Shown here: one piece after another, positions 34,748 to 43,729 of the stretch
How positions within the stretch are numbered: position 1 is the stretch's first letter
Layout of the letters: each line of letters opens with the position of its first letter
NCBI GenBank assembly: GCA_036265755.1
Contig: DATAOL010000027.1
Coordinates: 1 to 45,401 of the forward strand
DNA length: 45,401 bases
Direction: 5' to 3'
DNA from: Gaiellaceae bacterium
GTDB lineage: Bacteria > Actinomycetota > Thermoleophilia > Gaiellales > Gaiellaceae
Translations under genes and position numbers: made by a program
Notes under the pieces: generated by a model
Seen by the model: only the letters and a program-made list of their open reading frames with translations
What the model was told of the DNA's origin: nothing
Database searches by the model: none

Positions 34748-35074
34748 ATGGAGAGCTGGCGCCTGCCGGAAATCTCGACCCCGGACGGGAAGCGCTCGCC
34801 GGTCGTACTCAAGAGCGAGGACGAGGCGCGCGCCGTCCTCATCGGCATCGATGCGGGCCAGTCTCTCGGCGATCACCAGGTCAAAGAACATGCCTGGCTG
34901 CTCGTGGTCGAAGGAGCGGCGCGGATCGCGACCGGCGACGGGGAGATCGAAGCTCCCGCCGGCACGCTCGCGCACTTCGAGCCGAACGAGCGGCATTCGG
35001 TCGCGAGCGAGGAAGGCGCCAAGATCCTCCTTCTGCTTGCTCCCTGGCCTGGCGAGGGCCATTACCGCGGCTAG
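34748..35074 (+). CDS. Cupin domain protein
   Basis: 108-aa ORF. The small beta-barrel pattern G.SLGDHQVKEHAWLLVVEGAARI...G.LAHFEPNERHSV is typical of cupin_2 proteins. Confidence 0.75.
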   Translation: MESWRLPEISTPDGKRSPVVLKSEDEARAVLIGIDAGQSLGDHQVKEHAWLLVVEGAARIATGDGEIEAPAGTLAHFEPNERHSVASEEGAKILLLLAPWPGEGHYRG

Positions 35075-35817
35075 CGCTCGAAGAGGAAGAGGGCGAAACC
35101 GAGCACGTCGCGCCCGCCGAGCTCGCGGTAGCGCTCACGCCCCGCCGCGATCCACTCCCTGAGCTCGTCGACCCCTTCTTCACCCTCGTGCGCATCGGCG
35201 TAGCGCTCGCCGTTCCGCGCCCAGGCGTCCTCGTAGGCGTCCCAGTCCTCGACGCTCGTCGTGACCGCGCGCTTGAGCTCGAGCCCGACGTCCTGCGCCG
35301 CTTCGATCGTCCCCTCGTAGCCCTTCAGCTCCTCCCGCGCCGCCCCGAGAGCGACGAGGTACTCGGCGCTGGGCTCGTCGCGCCAGTAGCCCTCGCCGAA
35401 GAGGAGCTTCCCGCCCGGTGCGAGGTACCCGGAGAGCACGGCCAGCGAGCCGCCGACGCCCCCGCGGAAGGAGACGCCTCCCGTACTGACCACGAGATCG
35501 AAGGCGCCCGGCTCGGGCGCGTACTCGCGTACGTCCTGCTCGAGCAGCGCGACCCTGGCCTCCGGGACCCGCTGCTCGGCCTGCCGGCGTGCCTCGGCGA
35601 GAACGGCCGCTGAGCGGTCCAGCCCGGTGGCGCGGACATCGGCATAGCGCTCGACGATCCGGATGAGCACCTCCGCCTTCCCGCAGCCGAGGTCGAGCAC
35701 ATGCGCGCCCGGCTCGAGCTCGAGCGCCTCGATCATCTCGTCGACGTCCTCCTCCGCGAGGGGATTCATGAACGCCAGGCCCTCGTGCGCGATCGCGGAG
35801 AAGTCGGGGCTGTCCAA
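35071..35817 (-). CDS. Class I SAM-dependent methyltransferase
   Basis: 248-aa ORF. Motif I is HVLDLGCGKAEVL, post-I is TGLDRS, followed by FDLVVSTG. Confidence 0.85.
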   Translation of the reverse strand: MDSPDFSAIAHEGLAFMNPLAEEDVDEMIEALELEPGAHVLDLGCGKAEVLIRIVERYADVRATGLDRSAAVLAEARRQAEQRVPEARVALLEQDVREYAPEPGAFDLVVSTGGVSFRGGVGGSLAVLSGYLAPGGKLLFGEGYWRDEPSAEYLVALGAAREELKGYEGTIEAAQDVGLELKRAVTTSVEDWDAYEDAWARNGERYADAHEGEEGVDELREWIAAGRERYRELGGRDVLGFALFLFER

Positions 35818-36213
35818 CTATGCGGAGCTCGACCGCTGCTGACGCCGTGAGTAGATCCGGTACATGAGCATGTCGACCAGGTAGCTGAAGGGGATGAAGA
35901 ACGCGATCAGCGCGACCGCGTTGATGATCCTCGCGGCGGTGCCGACCGACGCGTCGCTGAACACCCAAACGATGATGATGATCAGCGGCGCGAAGATGGC
36001 CGTTCGGCGCGCGACTCGTCTGAGTGACGGCTTGGGAACCTCGCGACCGCCTCGTACCGGGCGCGGTGAGCTCTTGGCGGAGGTCTTGCCTTCCCTCCGC
36101 TCGGGCTCGGGCCTCTCGATCGGGATCTCCTCGCCCTCGTCCGTCTCGATCACGTACTCGTACTCGTGACGCTGGAGCTTCTCCCGGCGGCGGCGCTGCT
36201 TCTTGCTCGGCAT
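35818..36213 (-). CDS. Hypothetical small membrane protein (highly charged N-terminus, two predicted TM helices)
   Basis: 131-aa ORF with an ATG start. MPSKKQRRRREKLQRHEYEYVIETDEGEE... followed by IFAPLIIIIVWVF and AVALIAFFIPFSYLVDMLMY. G+C looks slightly lower than the neighbours. I recognise no family. Confidence 0.55.
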   Translation of the reverse strand: MPSKKQRRRREKLQRHEYEYVIETDEGEEIPIERPEPERREGKTSAKSSPRPVRGGREVPKPSLRRVARRTAIFAPLIIIIVWVFSDASVGTAARIINAVALIAFFIPFSYLVDMLMYRIYSRRQQRSSSA

Positions 36214-36219
36214 GCCGCG

Positions 36220-36225
36220 ATTATG
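36220..36225 (-). promoter_or_regulatory. Putative -10 box CATAAT, 6 nt upstream of the small membrane protein ATG; overlaps the hutI stop codon
   Basis: The minus strand reads GGCATAATCGCGGC-ATG. No SD. Confidence 0.3.
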
Positions 36226-37435
36226 CCGGGAGGGTGCCGCCGTGGACGACGCGGGCGACGTGATTTCCGCCGAGGTGGTATGCCAGGTCGCGCCAGTCGG
36301 AGGTGTCCAGCAGGACGACGTCGGCGGCGAATCCCGGAGCGAGGCGGCCGACGCGGTCCGCGCGTCCGAGGACGTGGGCGGCGTTGACCGTGCAAGCGAC
36401 GAGCGCTTCTGCGGGGCTCAGCCCCATCTGGGTGCAGGCGAGCGCACACGTGACGGAAAGGCTCTCGCAGTAGGCGCTGCCCGGATTGAAGTCCGTCGCG
36501 AGCGCAACGATCGCACCCTCGTCGACGAGCGCACGCGCCGGCGGCATCGGCCGTCCAAGGAAGAGCGCCGCGACCGGAAGCAGTACGGCCGCGACCTCGC
36601 TCCTCGCGACCGTCAGGACGCCCTCCGGTCCAGTGGCCTCGAGGTGGTCGACGCTGGCTGCTTCGAGCTCGACGGCAAGCGGGAGGCCTCCGCCCTCCGT
36701 GAACTGGTCCGCGTGCAGCCGAAGGCGTAACCCGGCGTCGCGGCAGGCCTCGAGATAGCGGCGGGCCTGAGCCGCGTCGAACGCGCCACGCTCGAGGAAA
36801 ACATCGGCCATCTCGGCGATTTGCGCCGCCTCGGGGAGGACCTCGGCCAGCGCGAAGTCGAGGTAAGCGTCGGCGTCCTCGAACTCGGGCGGAACCGCGT
36901 GTGCGCCGAGCCAGGTCGGGGCCCCACCGGCTTCGCGGACGACTCGGAGCATCGCGAGCTCGGTTTCTCGATCCAGCCCGTAGCCCGACTTCGCTTCGAA
37001 CGTCGTCGTCCCGCAGGCCAGCATCCACGCCCGGTGCTCCGTGAGTACGGCGCGCAGGCCCTCTTCGCCCGCGGCGCGCGTCGCCTCGACCGTGGACAGG
37101 ATGCCGCCGCCGGCTGCGTGCAACTCCTCGTAACTCGCCCCACCCGACCGCAGCTCGAACTCCCCCGCGCGCGAGCCGGCGAAAACAGCGTGCGTGTGGC
37201 AGTCGACGAGGCCCGGGATCGCCGCATGGCCGCGTCCGTCCACCTCGACGACGTCGCCGTCCAGCGGGCCGAGGTCCGACATGCGCCCCATCGCGGCGAT
37301 CAGCCCGTCCTCGCAGAGCACGTACGCGTCTTCGACGACGTCGAGCGCCCGCATCGCGTCCCGACCGCGGACGGGGGCACGGTCTTCGGCAGGGGTGACG
37401 GCCTGCGCCAGGTCGCGAACGAGGAGGCGGTTCAC
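36221..37435 (-). CDS. hutI: Imidazolonepropionase
   Basis: Trimmed from ORF 36221..37525 to GTG 37433-37435, 7 nt after the hutU stop. PGLVDCHTHAVFAG, GGGILSTV, TTFEAKSGYGL, HADQF, ATDFNPGS. Confidence 0.9.
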   Translation of the reverse strand: MNRLLVRDLAQAVTPAEDRAPVRGRDAMRALDVVEDAYVLCEDGLIAAMGRMSDLGPLDGDVVEVDGRGHAAIPGLVDCHTHAVFAGSRAGEFELRSGGASYEELHAAGGGILSTVEATRAAGEEGLRAVLTEHRAWMLACGTTTFEAKSGYGLDRETELAMLRVVREAGGAPTWLGAHAVPPEFEDADAYLDFALAEVLPEAAQIAEMADVFLERGAFDAAQARRYLEACRDAGLRLRLHADQFTEGGGLPLAVELEAASVDHLEATGPEGVLTVARSEVAAVLLPVAALFLGRPMPPARALVDEGAIVALATDFNPGSAYCESLSVTCALACTQMGLSPAEALVACTVNAAHVLGRADRVGRLAPGFAADVVLLDTSDWRDLAYHLGGNHVARVVHGGTLPA

Positions 37436-37442
37436 ACGAAGG

Positions 37443-39137
37443 CTAGGAGCCCGGCACTTCCAGGCCGTGCTCGCGCGCGGCCTCCTTCGCCTCGTCGTAC
37501 CCCGCGTCGAGATGACGGAGGACACCGATTCCCGGATCCGTCGTCAGCACCCGCTCGAGACGCTCCGCCGCATCGTCGGTTCCGTCCGCGACGACCACCA
37601 TGCCCGCGTGGATCGAGTTGCCGATCCCGACCCCACCACCGTGGTGCACGCTGACCCAGGTCGCGCCCGCCGCCGTGTTCAGCAGTGCATTCAGGATCGG
37701 CCAGTCCGCGATGGCGTCGGATCCGTCGGCCATGGCCTCCGTCTCGCGGTAGGGAGAGGCTACGGAGCCGGAGTCGAGATGGTCGCGCCCGATCACGACC
37801 GGCGCCGACACTTGCCCTGAGCGGACGAGGTCGTTGATCGCCAGCCCCGCCTTGGCGCGATCCCCGTAGCCGAGCCAGCAGATGCGGGCAGGGAGACCCT
37901 GGAACGCGACTCGTTCCGGGGCGAGGTCGAGCCAGCGCTGGAGGAGGCGGTCGTCCGGGAAGAGACGTCGCAGCGCCCTGTCGATCGCTGCGATGTCTTC
38001 CGGATCGCCCGACAGCACCGCCCAGCGGAACGGGCCGACGCCGCGGCAGAAGAGCGGCCGGATATAGGCCGGGACAAAGCCCGGGTATGAAAACGCGTCC
38101 GCTACGCCGGCCTGTTCTGCCTCCCCTCGTAGGTTGTTGCCATAATCGAAAACATAGCTCCCGGCTCGGACGTACTCGAGCATGCCTTCTACGTGCCGCG
38201 CGATCGAAGCGGAGGCCTGGCGCAGATACTCGTCGGGGTCGGCCGCGCGCAGGCGCCCGGCGTCCTCCACGGTGAAACCGGAGGGGACATAGCCGTTCAG
38301 CGGGTCGTGCGCGGCGGTCTGGTCCGTGACGAAGTCGAAGTGCTCCCCGCGACCGGCGAGGTCCGGAACGATGTCGGCCGCATTGCCGAGGAGGCCCACC
38401 GAGAGGGCACGACCCTCCGCGGCCGCCGCGCGCACGCGGGCAAGCGCATCCTCCAGGGAGTCCGCGGTCTCGTCGAGATAGCGAGTCTCGAGGCGCCGCT
38501 CGATCCGTGCCGGGTCGACCTCGATGCACAGGATCGCAGCGCCCGCCATCGTGGCGGCGAGCGGTTGCGCGCCACCCATTCCGCCGAGCCCGGCGGTCAG
38601 GATCGTCTTGCCCGACAGGTCAGGCGAGCCGAAGTGCTTCTCGCCTGCGGCGGCGAAGGTCTGGTACGTGCCCTGCAGGATCCCCTGCGTGCCGATGTAG
38701 ATCCAGCTGCCGGCCGTCATCTGTCCGAACATCGTCAGCCCGAGAGCTTCGAGCCGGCGGAACTCGTCCCATGTCGCCCACCGCGGGACGAGGAGCGCGT
38801 TCGCGATCAGCACGCGGGGCGCGCCCGGGTGCGTGCGAAAGACGCCGACCGGCTTGCCGCTCTGCACGAGCAGCGTCTCGTCTTCCCCGAGAGCGAGCAG
38901 CGAGCGGACAAGCGCCTTCAGCGCGTCGTGGTTTCGCGCCGCCTTGCCCGACCCGCCGTAGACGATGAGCTCCTCGGGCTTCTCCGCAACCTCGCGGTCG
39001 AGGTTGTTGAGGAGCATCCGCAGAGGTGCCTCCGTCTGCCAGCTGCGGGCATTCAGCGTCTGACCCCGTGGAGCACGAATTGTCCCCAGGTCGCCGCAGA
39101 GCTCCTCGACGACGGCTTCCACCTCCTGGACGCTCAC
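37443..39137 (-). CDS. hutU: Urocanate hydratase
   Basis: 564-aa ORF (GTGA overlap with the hutH stop). [61 protein letters not shown]. Confidence 0.97.
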   Translation of the reverse strand: MSVQEVEAVVEELCGDLGTIRAPRGQTLNARSWQTEAPLRMLLNNLDREVAEKPEELIVYGGSGKAARNHDALKALVRSLLALGEDETLLVQSGKPVGVFRTHPGAPRVLIANALLVPRWATWDEFRRLEALGLTMFGQMTAGSWIYIGTQGILQGTYQTFAAAGEKHFGSPDLSGKTILTAGLGGMGGAQPLAATMAGAAILCIEVDPARIERRLETRYLDETADSLEDALARVRAAAAEGRALSVGLLGNAADIVPDLAGRGEHFDFVTDQTAAHDPLNGYVPSGFTVEDAGRLRAADPDEYLRQASASIARHVEGMLEYVRAGSYVFDYGNNLRGEAEQAGVADAFSYPGFVPAYIRPLFCRGVGPFRWAVLSGDPEDIAAIDRALRRLFPDDRLLQRWLDLAPERVAFQGLPARICWLGYGDRAKAGLAINDLVRSGQVSAPVVIGRDHLDSGSVASPYRETEAMADGSDAIADWPILNALLNTAAGATWVSVHHGGGVGIGNSIHAGMVVVADGTDDAAERLERVLTTDPGIGVLRHLDAGYDEAKEAAREHGLEVPGS

Positions 39138-40681
39138 GCGAGGTCACCCACCTCGGACTCGACCGCGTCGACGAGCTCGCCCGAGCGGATCGCGTCCGCC
39201 ACCCGCTCGATGTCGGCGGCGAGCGTCCGGTCCTCGATCACGGTCGGCGAAACCGAGCGGACGAAGTCGTGCGTCGCGCGGGCGCCGGCACCGGGCTCGA
39301 GTGGCGCAAGAAACTCCACGCCCTGCGAGGCGGCGAGCAGCTCGATCGCGAGCGCGTGCTCGACATTGCCGAGCACGGTCCAGCACTTGAGTGCAGCGGC
39401 GTTGCCCATCGACACGTGATCCTCCTGTCCGGCGCTGGTCGGGATCGAATCCACGCTCGCGGGATGACACAGCACCTTGTTCTCGCTGACAAGGGCGGCC
39501 GCGACGTACTGCGGGATCATGAAGCCCGAGTTGAGCCCCCCGTCGTGGGTGAGGAACGCGGGCAGGCCATCCGAAAGGGACGGGTTGACCAGCCGCTCGA
39601 CACGACGCTCGGAGATGGACGCCAGCTCCGCGAGGGCGAGGGCCATCGAGTCGAGCGCGAGCGCGACCGGCTGCCCGTGGAAGTTGCCGTTCGAGACCAG
39701 CTCGCCCCTCTCGACGAGGACGAGCGGGTTGTCGGTCGCCGCATTCACCTCGACGGCGACCGTCCCCTCCACGTAGTCGAGGAGGTCGCGGCTTGCTCCG
39801 TGCACCTGCGGCGCACAGCGAAGGGAGTACGCATCCTGCACCTTGTCGCACCAGCGATGCGCCTCGTTGATGGCGGAGCCCTTGAGCAGGCGGAGGACGT
39901 TCGCCGCGACGTCCCTCTGCCCACGCAGAGGACGAAGCTCCTGGATTTCTGGCATGAAGCTGACGCGGGAGCCCTGCAGTGCCTCGACCGAGAGCGCGCA
40001 GGCGATGTCCGAGGTCTTGGCGATCCGGCGTGCCCTCACCACGCCGAGCGCGCCGACCGCGCCCATGAACTGCGTGCCGTTCACGAGGGAGAGACCCTCT
40101 TTCGCCTGCAGCCGGACCGGCTCGAGCCCCGCCCGGGCAAGCGCTTCCTCCCCGGACAGCACCTCGCCGTCGTATGCGGCCGCTCCTTCGCCCACGAGCG
40201 GCAGGGCGAGATGGGCGAGTGGCGCGAGGTCTCCGGAGGCGCCGACCGACCCGCGGCTCGGGACCACCGGCAGGACGCCCTGGTTCAGGCAGTCGAGGAG
40301 CAGCTCGACGGTCACGACCCGGGCGCCCGAGAAGCCCTTGGCGAGTGCGTTCGCCCGCAACACCATCGCGGCGCGCACGATCTCGTCCGGATACGGCTCG
40401 CCGACGCCGCAGGCGTGGCTCCGGAGCAGCCGGAGCTGCAGCTCCTCGGAGAGCTCGGGCGGAATCGCCTTCGACACGAAGCGGCCGAAGCCCGTGTTGA
40501 TCCCGTACGTGTGCTCACCGGAGGACTGGGACGCGGCGCGGTCGACGAGCTCCCGGGCAGCCGCCATTCTGGTTCTGCCCTCGTCGGAGAGCGCAGCCGT
40601 CGCACCCTCGACTGCGACCGACCAGACGTCCCGGATCGTGAGATCGTCTCCGTTGAGCTGCACCGAGGTCGCGACGGCCAT
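39134..40681 (-). CDS. hutH: Histidine ammonia-lyase
   Basis: 515-aa [11 protein letters not shown], the MIO-forming [35 protein letters not shown]. Confidence 0.97.
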   Translation of the reverse strand: MAVATSVQLNGDDLTIRDVWSVAVEGATAALSDEGRTRMAAARELVDRAASQSSGEHTYGINTGFGRFVSKAIPPELSEELQLRLLRSHACGVGEPYPDEIVRAAMVLRANALAKGFSGARVVTVELLLDCLNQGVLPVVPSRGSVGASGDLAPLAHLALPLVGEGAAAYDGEVLSGEEALARAGLEPVRLQAKEGLSLVNGTQFMGAVGALGVVRARRIAKTSDIACALSVEALQGSRVSFMPEIQELRPLRGQRDVAANVLRLLKGSAINEAHRWCDKVQDAYSLRCAPQVHGASRDLLDYVEGTVAVEVNAATDNPLVLVERGELVSNGNFHGQPVALALDSMALALAELASISERRVERLVNPSLSDGLPAFLTHDGGLNSGFMIPQYVAAALVSENKVLCHPASVDSIPTSAGQEDHVSMGNAAALKCWTVLGNVEHALAIELLAASQGVEFLAPLEPGAGARATHDFVRSVSPTVIEDRTLAADIERVADAIRSGELVDAVESEVGDLA

Positions 40682-40688
40682 CGCGGTC

Positions 40689-40694
40689 AGTCTA
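40689..40694 (-). promoter_or_regulatory. Putative -10 box TAGACT, 7 nt upstream of the hutH ATG
   Basis: The minus strand reads TTCTAGACTGACCGCG-ATG in the 56-nt divergent gap with no SD. The divergent dppA-like gene does have GGGAGG. Confidence 0.4.
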
Positions 40695-40737
40695 GAACGC
40701 GCCGGAGGCAGGCTCCGGCCTGACGAAGGGAGGCTGG

Positions 40738-41553
40738 ATGCGGGTACACATCATCAGCGACATCGAGGGGGTCGCGGGCGTGGTCAAGTCGGAGCAGGGC
40801 GACGGCGGCGAGTCGCTCTTCGAGGAAGCACGGCGCCTCTACACGGAGGAAATCAACGCGGCGATCCGCGGCTCCTGCGCGGCCGGAGCGAACGAGGTCG
40901 TCGTCATGGACTGCCACGGAGCCGGGAAGGGCTGGGACTTCAACTCGCTCCTGCCGGAGGCGCTCGACGAGCGCTGCGAATGGGTCGTCCAGCGCGAGTG
41001 GACGGAGTACACCGGCTTCCTCGAGGAGGGCTGCGACGCGGCGCTCTTCATCGGCATGCACGCGCGCGCCGGCGTCGCCGACGGCGTTCTCAACCACACG
41101 ATCTCCGGTTCGGACATCTACGAGCTTCGCTTCAACGGGACTCCGGTCGGCGAGACCGGGATCAACGCGGCTCTCTGCGGGAGCTTCGGGTGTCCGGTCC
41201 TCCTCGTCACGGGCGACCAGGCCGTCTGCCGCGAGGCCACCGAGCTCCTCGGCGACGGACTGACGACCGTCGCCGTCAAGCAGGGGCTCGGGCGCGAGAG
41301 CGCCCGCAATCTCGCCCCGAAACGGGCCCGAGCGATGATCGAGGAAGGCGCCAAGCGGGCACTTGCCGATCTGAATGCAGTTTCGCCATACGACCCCGGC
41401 CAGCCCTGCGAGATCGAGGTGGCGATGATGGGCTCCCATCTCGTGGAGGCGTACCGGCGCCGACACGGTGTCGAGGTCGTGGACGGCCGCCGCATGGTCT
41501 CGCGCGCAGACGACTGGTGGACGGCCTGGAGGCAGTTCTGGCCGATGTACTGA
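40738..41553 (+). CDS. M55 family D-aminopeptidase (DppA-like)
   Basis: 271-aa ORF with an ATG preceded by GGGAGG. MRVHIISDIEGVAGV, VVVMDCHG, FIGMHARAG, PVGETGINAALCGSFGCPVLLVTGD, TVAVKQ. Confidence 0.85.
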   Translation: MRVHIISDIEGVAGVVKSEQGDGGESLFEEARRLYTEEINAAIRGSCAAGANEVVVMDCHGAGKGWDFNSLLPEALDERCEWVVQREWTEYTGFLEEGCDAALFIGMHARAGVADGVLNHTISGSDIYELRFNGTPVGETGINAALCGSFGCPVLLVTGDQAVCREATELLGDGLTTVAVKQGLGRESARNLAPKRARAMIEEGAKRALADLNAVSPYDPGQPCEIEVAMMGSHLVEAYRRRHGVEVVDGRRMVSRADDWWTAWRQFWPMY

Positions 41554-42842
41554 CGCGAGAACGCGAGGAGGCGCTTCCGCACGCTGAGCGGCCACCGCGG
41601 AGCCGTGCCTTCCATCTCCTGCAGCGCCGGGACTTCCGGCTCGCGTACGGCGCCATTGCGACGAGCGAGCTCGGCGATGCCTTCCAGTACATCGCGCTCA
41701 TGTGGTTCGCGCTCGAGGCGGGCGGACCGGTCGGCGTGCTGGTCGTCCGTCTCGCGGACAGCGTGCCCGCACTTCTCTTCGGCCTCCACGGAGGCCTCGT
41801 AGCGGACCGCTTCGAACGGCGGCGGACGATGATCGCGGCCGATCTCCTGCGAGGCGCGGTGCTCGTCCCCGTCGCGATCGCGGGGCTCGCGGGCCATCTG
41901 CCGCTCTGGGGGCTCGTCCTCGCCGCCTTCATCCTCACGGCCGCGACGAGCTACTTCGACCCGGCCTACGGCGCGCTCCTGCCGGCCCTCGTCGAGCGCG
42001 AGAACGTGCAGCAGGCGAACGCACTCGTCCGGGCGAGCGCGGACGCGATCGGGGTCGGAGGGTGGGCTCTCGCCGCAGGCCTGCTCATCTTCATCCCGCT
42101 CAGCGCGCTCTTCGCCGTCAACGCGGCGACCTTCTTCGTGTCCGCGGCCCTCATCGCTCGGATATGCGCGCGTCCGGCCGCAGCCGTCGCCGAAGGCACG
42201 TCGTGGGCGCAGACCCGCGAGGGGCTCGCCGCGCTCCGCCTCCTCCCGGTGCTCGCGGTGGCCGTCGTCGTCCTGGGCATCGCGATCACGATCGAATCCG
42301 GCACGTGGATGGTCGGGGTTCCGGAGCTCGTGCGCAGCGAGCTCGGGCACGAGGCGGGCGGATTCGCGCTCGTGATGATGGGCTACGCGGTGGGCTCGAT
42401 CGCCGGCGGCATCTACCTCGCGCGACGCCCCGTGCGCCGGAAGGCGTACGCAAGCCTGCTCGCCTGGTCGCTCTATCTTCCCGCCTACCTGCTCATGGGC
42501 CTCGCCGGGGTGCTCTCCGTGGCGGTGCTCGGAGCGTTCTGCGCAGGGCTCGGCCAGGGCTCGTCGGTCGTCCTTCTCCACTCCGCCGCGCAGCAGGACG
42601 TCCCCGACAACGTGCTGGGGCGCGTCATGGGGCTCATCAACCTCGTCCACCGCGGGGCCCATGCAACCGGGCTCATCTTCGTCTCGCCGCTCTTCGCCTT
42701 CTTCTCACCGCGGCCGATCTTCGTCGCTGCGGCACTCGCCGCGCCAATCGTCGGGATCGGCGGCGCCGTGGTCGCCCTCGCGCTCAGTCGTCGAGGAGGC
42801 GAAGCTCGAGGACGTGCCGCGAGTCGAAGCCCTCGATCCTGA
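41517..42842 (+). CDS. MFS transporter (MFS_3/EntS-like)
   Basis: This is the 3' part of tracked ORF 39843..42842. The first in-frame start downstream of the hutH-antisense region is GTG 41517, which overlaps the dppA-like end by 37 nt, so the start is uncertain. RDFRLAYGAIATSELGDAFQYIALMWF..., LHGGLVADRFERRR, and ~12 hydrophobic segments. Confidence 0.8.
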   Translation: MDGLEAVLADVLTREREEALPHAERPPRSRAFHLLQRRDFRLAYGAIATSELGDAFQYIALMWFALEAGGPVGVLVVRLADSVPALLFGLHGGLVADRFERRRTMIAADLLRGAVLVPVAIAGLAGHLPLWGLVLAAFILTAATSYFDPAYGALLPALVERENVQQANALVRASADAIGVGGWALAAGLLIFIPLSALFAVNAATFFVSAALIARICARPAAAVAEGTSWAQTREGLAALRLLPVLAVAVVVLGIAITIESGTWMVGVPELVRSELGHEAGGFALVMMGYAVGSIAGGIYLARRPVRRKAYASLLAWSLYLPAYLLMGLAGVLSVAVLGAFCAGLGQGSSVVLLHSAAQQDVPDNVLGRVMGLINLVHRGAHATGLIFVSPLFAFFSPRPIFVAAALAAPIVGIGGAVVALALSRRGGEARGRAASRSPRS

Positions 42843-43671
42843 GGAGGCTGCCCGCGGCTTCGACGGCCGCTCCGGCCGGCATCAGACCGACGAGCTCGCT
42901 GCCCGCGACCTCGGCGCCCCGGGCCTCCGCCTCCTCGACGATCGTCTGCACGATCTCGTGCAACGCCGCCGCCTCCCAGTCGGTGACGTTCATGCTCACC
43001 TGAACGAAACCCGCCTTGGGGAGATCGAGCCCGAGGGCCCGCACGCCGGGGAAACCGCCGTCGCGTTCCCGAACCCGCTGCGCGATCGCCCGTGCGTCGT
43101 CGACAGTCGCGCCGCGCAGGTTGACGTTGAAGGCGATCAGGGGCTGCCGGACGCCGATCAGGACTCCGCCCGCGCTCGGGTGCAGCGTGGTCGGCCCACG
43201 ATCGGGCGCGAGCTCGCCGGCGTCGATCCTCCGCTGCAGCTCGCCGGGGCCGCCACGGCGAAAGAAGGCCGGCTCACGTCCGCCCTCCGTCAGGCGCGCG
43301 TAGAAGAAGACCGGCAGACCGAGCTCCTCGCCGACCCGCTCCCCGAGCGCGAGCGCTGCCGCTTTCGCCGCCGGCTCGTCCTCCGGGCGAAGCGGGACGA
43401 GCGGGACGACATCGGCGGCCCCGATGCGCGGGTGGGCGCCTTCGTGCTTGCGGAGGTCGATCCGCTCGGCCGCGAACGCGATTCCGGCGAGCAGGGCCTC
43501 GACGAGCTCCTCCTCGGAGCCCACGAGCGTGAAGACGGAGCGATGGTGATCCCAGTCGGTGTGGACGTCGAGGAGCCGGGCGGGCTCGGAAAGGCAGCGC
43601 TCGAGCCCGGCGAGCGCCTCGGCGTCGCGACCCTCCGAGAAGTTGGGCACTGCTTCGAGCGGTAAGCGCAC
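42784..43671 (-). CDS. ftcD: Glutamate formimidoyltransferase (FtcD formiminotransferase domain only)
   Basis: Trimmed from ORF 42784..44025 to GTG 43669-43671. LEAVPNFSEGRD, HHRSVFTLVG, HEGAHPRIGAADVVPLVP, LIAFNVNL, GSELVGLMP are colinear with the FT domain of FTCD. There is no cyclodeaminase domain. Confidence 0.85.
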   Translation of the reverse strand: MRLPLEAVPNFSEGRDAEALAGLERCLSEPARLLDVHTDWDHHRSVFTLVGSEEELVEALLAGIAFAAERIDLRKHEGAHPRIGAADVVPLVPLRPEDEPAAKAAALALGERVGEELGLPVFFYARLTEGGREPAFFRRGGPGELQRRIDAGELAPDRGPTTLHPSAGGVLIGVRQPLIAFNVNLRGATVDDARAIAQRVRERDGGFPGVRALGLDLPKAGFVQVSMNVTDWEAAALHEIVQTIVEEAEARGAEVAGSELVGLMPAGAAVEAAGSLLRIEGFDSRHVLELRLLDD

Positions 43672-43677
43672 CGGTGC

Positions 43678-43683
43678 AGGATA
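43678..43683 (-). promoter_or_regulatory. Putative -10 box TATCCT, 6 nt upstream of the ftcD GTG start
   Basis: The minus strand reads TTTTATCCTGCACCG-GTG in the 58-nt divergent gap. A TACACT box (43707-43712, plus strand) faces the ABC gene. Confidence 0.3.
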
Positions 43684-43729
43684 AAAGCGAGCGGGAACCC
43701 CGTCGATACACTCGGCGTTGGGGGTACCC

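Noticed and set aside
39843-41516. The N-terminal ~558 codons of the 999-aa plus-strand ORF 39843..42842.
   Set aside because: This part runs antisense through hutH and out of frame through the dppA-like gene. It is Ser/Arg/Pro/Ala-rich junk. Only the C-terminal ~440 aa (from about 41517) form a coherent 12-TM MFS transporter.
40687-41595. A 302-aa minus-strand ORF opposite the dppA-like gene.
   Set aside because: It is antisense to a gene with clear M55 peptidase motifs and a canonical SD. It has no motif of its own and its composition is typical of GC artefacts.
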